Under the pieces are notes generated by a model. It made no database searches, was not told the origin of the DNA, and was given only the letters and a program-made list of their open reading frames with translations. From positions 1-51,089 of the IMG/VR virus record IMGVR_UViG_3300022879_000005: 51,089 bases of DNA; one strand, given 5' to 3'. The translations under genes were made by a program, and so were the position numbers. Below are positions 42,801 through 49,667 of the stretch, one piece after another. The DNA comes from a virus (taxonomy: Duplodnaviria > Caudoviricetes). Position 1 is the stretch's first letter, and each line of letters opens with the position of its first letter.

Positions 42801-43709
42801 GTCGGGGTTGTGGAAGAACACGCTCACGCTCTGGCCATCGTCCATGGTGAACAGCATGGCCAGCTGGGTAGTGCCGCGGTTCTTGAAGGGCTTGCTGACC
42901 TCGACGCTCTCCGGCTTCACGCCGGTGGCGGCCACCTGCATCACGCGCAGCAGCTGGTTAGCCTTGCGCTCAAACTGTTGCACCTCGATAACCATGGCAT
43001 CGAGCATGGCGCCGTCGTTGGCGCTCAAGTACTCCACGAGGTCGGCCATGGTGGCGGCGTCCATCATCTGGCCGCCCAGGTCGTTGCGGCGCAGGTCGGC
43101 GATCACGTCGCCCAGGGTGTCGCCTACAGGCATACGCTGGTCATCCCAGCGCACGAATACGTCGGTAGCGTTCAACTCTTCGTCCGTCTTCCACAGGTCC
43201 ACAGGCTCAAGCCGGGCGCTCATGTCGCCATTTTTCAGCCAGAACTTGAATTGCTTGATGCTGCAGGGCGTCAGGCTGCCCAAGCCGGTCCAGCCCTTTT
43301 CGTAGCTGTTCATGTAGGCGTCACGCGCCGATTGCTCGTCGGCAAAGCCCAGCAACACCTTGTGCTCGTCAAAGGTGCCGTCGCGCTTTACCTGGTTGAC
43401 GACAAACACGCGCAGGCTCTCGGGCACAGGCCCCACAAACACGTCTACCGCGTCACCGTCGGCGCCCACGGTGCCGTTGATGTAGCCGTAGTGCGCCATA
43501 CACAGCACAGACCACGGTTTACCGTCGGTCTTGCCCCGGCGTGGCTGGAACATGGGGGTTTCAATGGTGATGGGCATGCCGTGCAAGCGCGTGGCGCCCT
43601 TGGCGTAGTTCCCGGCGCGGATCTGCTCGGGGGTAGGATTGGCGCTGGAGCCGGCGCCGAACGCGCCAGCGTGGGCCGCGCTATTTAGTGCTGCAAACGT
43701 GTCTGCCAT
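39891..43709 (-). CDS. fusion: inorganic-pyrophosphatase-like domain + DarA N-domain + DdrB (ParB-like) domain
   Basis: HYGYI.GT.GADGD.VDVF...FDEHKV.LGF (InPase); DGQSVS.FFH.P...LNKKDIT..VAP..G.D...KNSAKF (DarA); NPDYP.E.QPRDR...GAPI.G.D..VESGNGR (DdrB). Confidence 0.88.
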   Translation of the reverse strand: MADTFAALNSAAHAGAFGAGSSANPTPEQIRAGNYAKGATRLHGMPITIETPMFQPRRGKTDGKPWSVLCMAHYGYINGTVGADGDAVDVFVGPVPESLRVFVVNQVKRDGTFDEHKVLLGFADEQSARDAYMNSYEKGWTGLGSLTPCSIKQFKFWLKNGDMSARLEPVDLWKTDEELNATDVFVRWDDQRMPVGDTLGDVIADLRRNDLGGQMMDAATMADLVEYLSANDGAMLDAMVIEVQQFERKANQLLRVMQVAATGVKPESVEVSKPFKNRGTTQLAMLFTMDDGQSVSVFFHNPDTTPNKLTPTDEMVSWKWVLNKKDITITVAPEKGQDLNPREVARRIMKLVEKNSAKFIQANTNKAERDAQVEALKAAEVAKIDELASLDKQIEDLTAQLTAAKADPSQTPKPQPAAAPASDKPVITFKGSKMTVTMPNGDTATRTTKNAYQAAVVGYGEDGKLHLVSAHGAVADAQKAIATAKAGKHVNFNYRKVKGEFYIATAAAEPAGAEGESRSQAVKQALAGLGWTVDGLFLGLALDGSHYQLRQGGDQGALTWKDTGSNQVWADEPGMSASDMAAKINTEFRAAIQQARQQAGLRPYQEWEGDVLDALAALLDIGRGDADAIAMPHTELLGKLHSEGKTAQEAAAAVHAASAVAPQTPEEEAMLAAHLEERAQAAAEAALRNAPDESPVVLQGPAGPVTVAKTKHVDTGEWGVSWASTDVATAASKEHGVAIAERVIASGAENIADMRAAAVEPIPPADDDTGEISPEGRDNTVKTAKGTKLVTGFKIIDASNLVISHETDGTTNPDYPAEIQPRDRARSTSQAWVQKTARNLDPDSLGRTQRADSGAPIVGADRVVESGNGRAMAIREAYRIGAADEYREWLVENAEYFGVDAAKIERLKAPVLVRVRKTAVDRVAFAVEANQDDKLAQTATEKARSDARRLDAAMLAKLADGDLNSAANRDFVAAFLQSLGDAEAAQYLTTDGKPTSSLISRLQAALFAGAYSDDRLLEMTADVAKPEIANIVAALNSAAPDFMRAKEHDLVGTEEAGGKVTDSVELSLNQEAVNAIIGATNVLRQAKDAGLGLDEFLRQGDMFGGTDPAVAAMAMFIHQNNRSAKRMGTAFKAMAQFVESENARKQTAGLFGDAPASFTDIVGAANRKLEQEYGEGLFAIDQGDMFAAPAPAPAAAPQPTPPEPDEDDQLKAAKAFLDSLIEGTADLGTPAEVLTRLEAIYAQWGEAELKDLFAEASNAYRDYALRVTAEAL

Positions 43710-43735
43710 GGCTGTCGCCTCGGATGAAAGCACAC

Positions 43736-43777
43736 ACGATATAGCGCCAGCACGGGCACTCTCGGGGGCGCTTTCCG
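43736..43777 (-). promoter_or_regulatory. late promoter 6 (CGGAAAG-N29-TATCGT)
   Basis: Fixed spacing. Confidence 0.75.
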
Positions 43778-43825
43778 TCGAACGACGCGCACAAAAAAGG
43801 CGCCGGGTGGGCGCCTTAATCTATG

Positions 43826-44101
43826 TCAGTTGCTCCGGGCTGCCTTGGCAGCCTCACGCCGATCAATCTTGCGCTGTCGGTGGCGCTCCAGGGCGTCGTC
43901 AAAATACTTGTCTGCCTGGCCATCCTGCTGGCGCATGCGGTGGGCCTCCAGCAGCAGGTTGAGCAGGTCAGACGGACGGGAAAGCCCCAGCTCGGCGGTC
44001 GCAGTGCGCAGCGTCATGTTGTTGCTGTGCAGCAGGTGCGCGTTAAACCGAATGATTTCTTCACCCGGCTGGTCTTTCGCTGGCGTTGTCTTGGCGGTCA
44101 T
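43826..44101 (-). CDS. small basic protein, possible RHH-like regulator
   Basis: IRFNAHL...LR..TAELGLSRPSDLLNLLL; own promoter (TTGGCG-18-TATGAT) with family A operator; downstream terminator at about 43792-43817. Confidence 0.7.
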   Translation of the reverse strand: MTAKTTPAKDQPGEEIIRFNAHLLHSNNMTLRTATAELGLSRPSDLLNLLLEAHRMRQQDGQADKYFDDALERHRQRKIDRREAAKAARSN

Positions 44102-44259
44102 TGCTCACCTGGGAACTGTATGGACTGCGCGTGAGCGCTTTCGCAGGATCATAAAGCAAAAGGCGCGTTCGCGCCAATGCGCGTTAGAAACCCGGCGCCG
44201 TAATTTACCCACCCACAAAAAAGCCCAGCGTCTGCTGGGCTCTTGCGCTGCCGCCTGAC

Positions 44260-44517
44260 TTACAGCTTAGCGACCTGCTGGGGCACCACTGGGGTGCGCA
44301 TGCCGTTGGCGTCCACGATCACTTCCTCACGGGCCTGGGTATCAGCGCCAGGCCACGAACCTTCCTCGATCATCATGCGGGTGAACTCGGCGTCTGCGAC
44401 TTCCTGCTCATAGTCACCGACGCCAACCAGGCCGACAACGACGGCGAGCGCGATACCAAGGAGCAAAGTCCTGACCGGGCCGAAGATCTGCTGGGGGTTA
44501 CGATCTTGCGTGTTCAT
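44260..44517 (-). CDS. small membrane protein
   Basis: One TM followed by G.GDY; AAGGA RBS; promoter TTTACA-17-TAATGT; terminator at about 44217-44244. Confidence 0.75.
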   Translation of the reverse strand: MNTQDRNPQQIFGPVRTLLLGIALAVVVGLVGVGDYEQEVADAEFTRMMIEEGSWPGADTQAREEVIVDANGMRTPVVPQQVAKL

Positions 44518-44632
44518 GGGGTGGTCCTTATCTGGCTGATAGGTACTGCGGAAAGGACATTAGCATTACGTTTATTTTCTGTAAACGTATTCAATATCAA
44601 ATCATGTATTAAAACGCCGGATAAGGTGCAAA

Positions 44633-45094
44633 ATGAAGATCATGGTAACGATTTCAGGATACGGCGGAGCAGGCGCAGCCCCAATTACACTGGCTGCAAC
44701 GCGAAAAGACGCCACGGGCGTGATGACCGTACTCAAGGAAATTAAGTACAGGGATAAAGCAGACGAAGGGTTTGCTTTTGTGACCAATCTCAAGCTGGAC
44801 GCCTACGATTGCCTCTTTACCGAGGAACACCTGCAAGGGGCGGTCCTGGCCTTCCGGGAAGGTATGGGGCAGGGCACCCTGGTGCTGTCTGACGAAATGA
44901 TGCGCCACCGCCCGCGGATCGAAACGGACGGCATCGACACAAAGGGCCAGAAGTATCGTTTGCCGGCCGATATGAGCAACGGAGAGGTGGCGGTGCTGGC
45001 GCTGGCCTACTTCCAGGCGCGCCAGCGCTCTGTGGTCGCCCTCACAGGGCAGATGGACCGCATTAACAGCATGTACGACATTCTGTCGGTCTAG
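44633..45094 (+). CDS. conserved phage hypothetical protein
   Basis: AAGG RBS; the only plausible plus-strand gene in the late region. Confidence 0.7.
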   Translation: MKIMVTISGYGGAGAAPITLAATRKDATGVMTVLKEIKYRDKADEGFAFVTNLKLDAYDCLFTEEHLQGAVLAFREGMGQGTLVLSDEMMRHRPRIETDGIDTKGQKYRLPADMSNGEVAVLALAYFQARQRSVVALTGQMDRINSMYDILSV

Positions 45095-46068
45095 TCATCG
45101 CTTGAGGCGTAGGGCTCGCCCAGCGAGTCATACCCGGCGTCGTCGAGCGCGTTGGTGCCCCTGGCCGTGGCCATGTATAGCCCGGCCTCGGTTTCCACCA
45201 TCCCCAGCGCCAGCAGCTCGGCCAGCGCCTCATGGTCGGCAATTTCCTCGCCCTCAGCTGCAGACACCTGGGCGATGGCCACCAACTGGGCCAGGCCGGC
45301 GTCACTCATTGCTGCCGGCGCACTGTCCAGCATCCCGATCGCCAGCTTGAACGACTCGGCCAGCTCCAGCTGCAGCGCGGCCTGGTCCAGGTTCCCCGCC
45401 GCCACGTTGATTGGGTAGTTCGTCTCCACCACGCCCAGGGCTATGCGCAGCTGCGCCACAGCGCCAGCGGTACCGGCGCTGTCCAGCATGGCCGGGTCTG
45501 CCGTTACCAGGTCACGGGCTGCGATATACGCGCTGGCCAGCGTGTGGTCGGGCTGCTCGATCACCGTGGTGCTATCGGTCATAGCGCCCAGTTGCTGCTG
45601 CAGGTCGGCCACGGTCGCCTTGCGCTCAGCGATCTGGCCATCCAGGTCCGTAACCCGCTGCTGCAGCGCCTCGGCCATCTTGGGCTTGGGCGTGCTCAGG
45701 CCTGGGGGCAATGCGACCTTAACGCGCGCCAGCGACTTCTGGAACGCGGCCTGGTTCTTCTCGGCCACCCCCGCCAGCTCGGCTACGGCCTTGGCCATGT
45801 CGTCATGGTTCTTGATCGGTACCACGGACTTGTTCAGCACGGCCTGGTAAATGTCGCCGGTACTGATCACGCGCAGGGTAATCAGCTGCCCGCTGGCCAG
45901 GGTCAGGGTGGCCTCGCGGTAGGTGATGCTATTGCTGCGCTTGGGTTTGTCGATGAACTCAGTGGCCACCACCGGCTGCCCGGCGCGCACCATCCACTGC
46001 TTGACCTTTTTCAGCGCGCCCTCGGCGGCCGATGCGCTGGAAAAGTCCAGCGCGTTCGTAACTGGCAT
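45091..46068 (-). CDS. hdf: Hdf (DarA-related) head protein with C-terminal extension
   Basis: L.L.SGQ.I.L.V..TGDI....LN...P...KN.A.FQKSL matches recalled P1 Hdf. Confidence 0.8.
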   Translation of the reverse strand: MPVTNALDFSSASAAEGALKKVKQWMVRAGQPVVATEFIDKPKRSNSITYREATLTLASGQLITLRVISTGDIYQAVLNKSVVPIKNHDDMAKAVAELAGVAEKNQAAFQKSLARVKVALPPGLSTPKPKMAEALQQRVTDLDGQIAERKATVADLQQQLGAMTDSTTVIEQPDHTLASAYIAARDLVTADPAMLDSAGTAGAVAQLRIALGVVETNYPINVAAGNLDQAALQLELAESFKLAIGMLDSAPAAMSDAGLAQLVAIAQVSAAEGEEIADHEALAELLALGMVETEAGLYMATARGTNALDDAGYDSLGEPYASSDD

Positions 46069-46099
46069 GGTCTGCCCCCGTTGTTGGTGTATGGGGGCC

Positions 46100-46141
46100 A
46101 TTGTGCGCCCCAGGGAACGGGCACACGGCGGGGCGTTTGCG
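46100..46141 (-). promoter_or_regulatory. late promoter 7 (CGCAAAC-N29-CACAAT)
   Basis: Fixed spacing. Confidence 0.75.
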
Positions 46142-46732
46142 CTACACCGGCAGGCTCACAGGCTTACCGTCGCCTTGCTCGATGTGGGTGTGATACGGAA
46201 CGCTGATACCGTTACTGGTCATGTCGGCACCGGTATGCGTCACCAGGCCTTTCATCGTCAGGATTGTGGCGATTTGCTGAATCTGGCCGGCGGTCAGCTT
46301 GATCGATGTGCTACCCGTCACAAGGTTGATCGCGGTATCGCCGGTCACGTTGATCGTCTTGGCGCTCAGGTTGATCGTCTCGCCAGCCTTCAAGTTGATC
46401 GTCTTGCCGGCGTTGATGTTCACGACCTCGTCGGCGTTCCACTCGATGTTGTCGTGATTCCACCGGCGCCAGCCCACCTCGTTCTCTACGTGCGGGTTGC
46501 GAAAGCCCATGATGACCGGATACCGAGGGTCACCGTTGTGGAAGCTGATATTGACCGGCAGCCCCTCCACAATGCGGATTTCGGTGTTTTTGGAGTCGTC
46601 GCCGATTGGGTAATTGATATCGGCCTTGGGCCAGATGCTGGCGCCATCGGTATACGGTGGAATCTCCACCCGTACTTCGCGCCGCACTCGGTCCACAGAA
46701 CGAACATACCCAGGGTAGATATCACAAGGCAT
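46142..46732 (-). CDS. baseplate central spike (gpV-like)
   Basis: OB-fold with F..GD.RYPVI.G, beta-helix repeats, C-terminal HTH (HxH) metal site. Confidence 0.88.
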   Translation of the reverse strand: MPCDIYPGYVRSVDRVRREVRVEIPPYTDGASIWPKADINYPIGDDSKNTEIRIVEGLPVNISFHNGDPRYPVIMGFRNPHVENEVGWRRWNHDNIEWNADEVVNINAGKTINLKAGETINLSAKTINVTGDTAINLVTGSTSIKLTAGQIQQIATILTMKGLVTHTGADMTSNGISVPYHTHIEQGDGKPVSLPV

Positions 46733-47621
46733 TGAACAGTTTCCCCAGCCAAAGCCGGCTGCGGTCCTCCACAGCCCCTTCGTTATTGTCCATGGCGTGG
46801 GCAGCGGTGATCACCACCAGGTTTTCACCCGCCACGCGCAGCACGTCGCCGGCCATGATCTGCTGGCACATCATGCTGTCGACGGTCTTGGTGCGCACCA
46901 GCACGCTACTGACGTTGCGCAGCTGGCGCACGTCCAGCCCGGGCTGGAAGCTCATACGCCGGGCCTGGCTCATTGCCCCGCTGACGATATCGGCCTTGTC
47001 ATTGGTCGAGAAGAACGACGGCACCTGTTGGTACTGGTGCATTGCGCTCTCGATCTTGGCGCTACTGTCCACCTGGCCGATATCGTCCACCGGCGTCTGC
47101 GCCATCAGGTCGACCAGGCGCATGGCGCTGATCTGGCCAGCGCGCAGCACCAGGGCGGCGCCTTCCTCCTGCAGCACCTGCACCAGGTGCACGCTGGGCT
47201 CAAACCCACGAAAGCAGGTGAACCGCGGCACAGTGAAGTCATTGGCGATGGACGCATAGGCGCCACAGGCTCGGTAAGCGGCACCAAAGGTCTGCCCTTC
47301 CTGGACTACGGCCGTATTGCGCGGCTTGGCCACGCTGGCGCAGCTGCGCAGCAAGGCAGTCACCTTCATGGCCTGCTGCTGGTTTCGCCCCTGAATCTGC
47401 CCCAGTGGCTGCCCCTTGTCGGTCAGCACAATCTCATAGGCCAGGTTTTCCCGGCCCGTCCAGATGGTACTGCCCTCGGTCAGCATGCGTTCCACGCCAT
47501 CAATGAGCTTGACCGTGAATTCAACCGTCCGCGGTACCGGCGCCAGGTCCGAGCGCAGCACCCAGCTCAGCACCACGTCCGTAGGCAACTGCTCGCCGTT
47601 TTCCTTGAGCAGGATATTCAC
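46722..47621 (-). CDS. baseplate hub-like protein
   Basis: Upstream of the spike; RSDL.PVP.T.E..V; C-terminal VITAAH. Confidence 0.65.
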   Translation of the reverse strand: MNILLKENGEQLPTDVVLSWVLRSDLAPVPRTVEFTVKLIDGVERMLTEGSTIWTGRENLAYEIVLTDKGQPLGQIQGRNQQQAMKVTALLRSCASVAKPRNTAVVQEGQTFGAAYRACGAYASIANDFTVPRFTCFRGFEPSVHLVQVLQEEGAALVLRAGQISAMRLVDLMAQTPVDDIGQVDSSAKIESAMHQYQQVPSFFSTNDKADIVSGAMSQARRMSFQPGLDVRQLRNVSSVLVRTKTVDSMMCQQIMAGDVLRVAGENLVVITAAHAMDNNEGAVEDRSRLWLGKLFNAL

Positions 47622-48403
47622 CGGGTGCTGCTCCAGGTCACGCCTTCCAAAGTGCCGTTGGCGCGCTGGCCGGTCGTCTCGTCGTCGAGCGCGATTTCGG
47701 TCAGCATTGGGTAGCCTGGCGGCGTGTTGGCGGTACCGTCGTTGGGCTCGCCCTCACGGGGCGCGTCAAAGAACGGGATTGTGCACTTGAGCGTAATGTC
47801 ACCGGCCAGGATCTTGAGATTCTTGGCGTCACCTGGTGGCGCCACGTTCATCCAGTCGATCCGGTTGGTTTCCAGGGTGACCGGCATGGGCACCTTGTAC
47901 TGGCCAAACACATAGGGCGCGTCAAACCAGCGGTTTTTCGGCTCCAGGATGAACGAAGCCAGTTGCGCGGCCAGGCTCTGCGCCGAACCGCCCTCGTTGG
48001 CGATGATAACCACCTGTACCCGGCGATCCTGCTGCACATGCTTGTAGCCGTACCAGGAACCGCCTTCCAGGATCTGCACCATGCGCCGGGAAGTGTGCTG
48101 CCCGCCCCAGTCGGCGCCAGTTGCGAGAAAGTTGTCATCCATCGCCAGCAGGATCACCGGCAGCATGCCGGCGGGCCCGTGGTCACCGTTGGACGCCTTG
48201 CGGTAAAGCTCCAGCATCTGGTCTACAGCATCGACCATACGCGCAGGCGCCCACTGGACAGCCTCCGCCATTGGCTTGGCCAGGAAGGCCTGCACGGCCG
48301 CGGTGTCGGCGTAGTCTGGATAGATCCCTTTGCGCCAGCGGCCAATATACCGGCCGAAGCCTTTCCTGATCTGGTCGAAACTGCCATCGAGCGGCTTTGC
48401 CAT
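47618..48403 (-). CDS. tail/baseplate structural protein (P1 gp24-like position)
   Basis: Operon context; no strong motif. Confidence 0.55.
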   Translation of the reverse strand: MAKPLDGSFDQIRKGFGRYIGRWRKGIYPDYADTAAVQAFLAKPMAEAVQWAPARMVDAVDQMLELYRKASNGDHGPAGMLPVILLAMDDNFLATGADWGGQHTSRRMVQILEGGSWYGYKHVQQDRRVQVVIIANEGGSAQSLAAQLASFILEPKNRWFDAPYVFGQYKVPMPVTLETNRIDWMNVAPPGDAKNLKILAGDITLKCTIPFFDAPREGEPNDGTANTPPGYPMLTEIALDDETTGQRANGTLEGVTWSSTR

Positions 48404-48460
48404 ATTCCCCCCTGCCGGGGATGCAGGCCCTTTCAGCGCTGATCCCCGAGATTCACCCGA

Positions 48461-48928
48461 TTAAACCGCGGTACCGTTGGCCTCAGCCACGCTTGCGCGA
48501 ATGGCTTTGATCGCTTTGTCAGCGATCACCTCAACCTCGTCGTGGCTGGTGGCTTTGAGTACGTCGACCTTGCCCTTCAAGCGAACGGAGCGGATGGTGC
48601 ACAGCGCAGCGCGCCAAGTGCTGGACTCCACCAGGATCGCTTCGGCGGCTTCCACGGCAGAAACCTGCTCGGCATCGACCACGGCCTGGACAGTCAGCGG
48701 AACTTCACCGGTATAGCCGGCCAGCTTGTAGGCCTTCGCCTCGTCCTCGGCCAGCTGGTTTTCGATGGCACGCAGTGGGTCGCCCAACACTGCAGAACGC
48801 GCCTGCTCGGCGGCCTGCTCGATTTGCTGGTGGGCCGCCACCAGGGCCACAGGAAGCGGCAGGCTATCGAACTCGAAGCCTGGGTAAGTGGTGCCCTCGA
48901 AAACGACGGTCAAATTGGTCTTTTGCAT
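48461..48928 (-). CDS. tail fibre assembly protein
   Basis: A..AR..VLGDPLRA.E...A..EA.A....Y.G.VP...R..RL.GK, Pseudomonas tail-fibre chaperone type. Confidence 0.75.
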   Translation of the reverse strand: MQKTNLTVVFEGTTYPGFEFDSLPLPVALVAAHQQIEQAAEQARSAVLGDPLRAIENQLAEDEAKAYKLAGYTGEVPLTVQAVVDAEQVSAVEAAEAILVESSTWRAALCTIRSVRLKGKVDVLKATSHDEVEVIADKAIKAIRASVAEANGTAV

Positions 48929-48935
48929 GATTGCC

Positions 48936-49664
48936 TCACAGGCTCGACAGGTTGGTGATTACGTTGCCCAAGTCTTTGGACAGGGTGCCAGCGGCAATGC
49001 CAGTCACCAGCCCGCCGTTAAGGCCAGCCGGGATCGCCGTGCCAACGATCGACAGTGCGAAAAGGACGGAGCCCGGCCCGAGCAGCTTGCCGCGGAAGGT
49101 GCCGCGCAGCTCGAACGCGCAGTTGTACACACGCAGCTGCTGGATATTCGGCGCCGAAGAACCGCTGCCAAAGACCAGCGCGTAGTAGGCGCTCAAATCC
49201 CCTGCACTCGAAGCCGGGAGGCTAATCGTCAGGTTCAAAAGCTGAATGTTGGAATCGGTCGAAGTCCAGAACGAACCCATGCGAGGCAAGGTTTCGCCAT
49301 CTGGAATGAACTCATTGCAGACCAGTCGCCGCCCCGCATTTGCAACACCTGCAATCGTCAGCTTGCGACCGGACGTGGTGATGCTCTTGTCCAGCACGTA
49401 GTCCTTAATCAGCCACGCCGTTACCCGCCCGCCGTCCGGGGTCGCATCCACGGCCCGCTGCAGGGTTTTAAACGGGCTGGCCTCGGTGCCCAAGCCGTTA
49501 TCGTCGCCCAGCTGGGAGTCGATCCAGTAGGCACGGACCATCGAAGGCGCCGCGGCAACTGCTTGAGCCACAGCAGCGTCAATGGCTGCCTTCCGGTTTT
49601 TGAAGTAGTCAATCAGCGAGTTGGTCGCCGTCGTCAGCGCGGCGAGTTCGGTTTCAACACTCAT
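48936..49664 (-). CDS. tail fibre / receptor-binding protein
   Basis: MSVETELAALT coiled-coil start; YW.DS..GDD...G....PFKT...A motif preceding a beta-rich domain. Confidence 0.7.
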   Translation of the reverse strand: MSVETELAALTTATNSLIDYFKNRKAAIDAAVAQAVAAAPSMVRAYWIDSQLGDDNGLGTEASPFKTLQRAVDATPDGGRVTAWLIKDYVLDKSITTSGRKLTIAGVANAGRRLVCNEFIPDGETLPRMGSFWTSTDSNIQLLNLTISLPASSAGDLSAYYALVFGSGSSAPNIQQLRVYNCAFELRGTFRGKLLGPGSVLFALSIVGTAIPAGLNGGLVTGIAAGTLSKDLGNVITNLSSL

Positions 49665-49667
49665 GCT

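Noticed and set aside
39981-43688. Long plus-strand ORFs (705 aa and 481 aa)
   Set aside because: Shadows of the InPase-DarA-DdrB gene.
44549-44590. CGGAAAG box upstream of the plus-strand gene 44633-45094 as a ninth late promoter
   Set aside because: No NANNNT hexamer at the 29-bp spacing.
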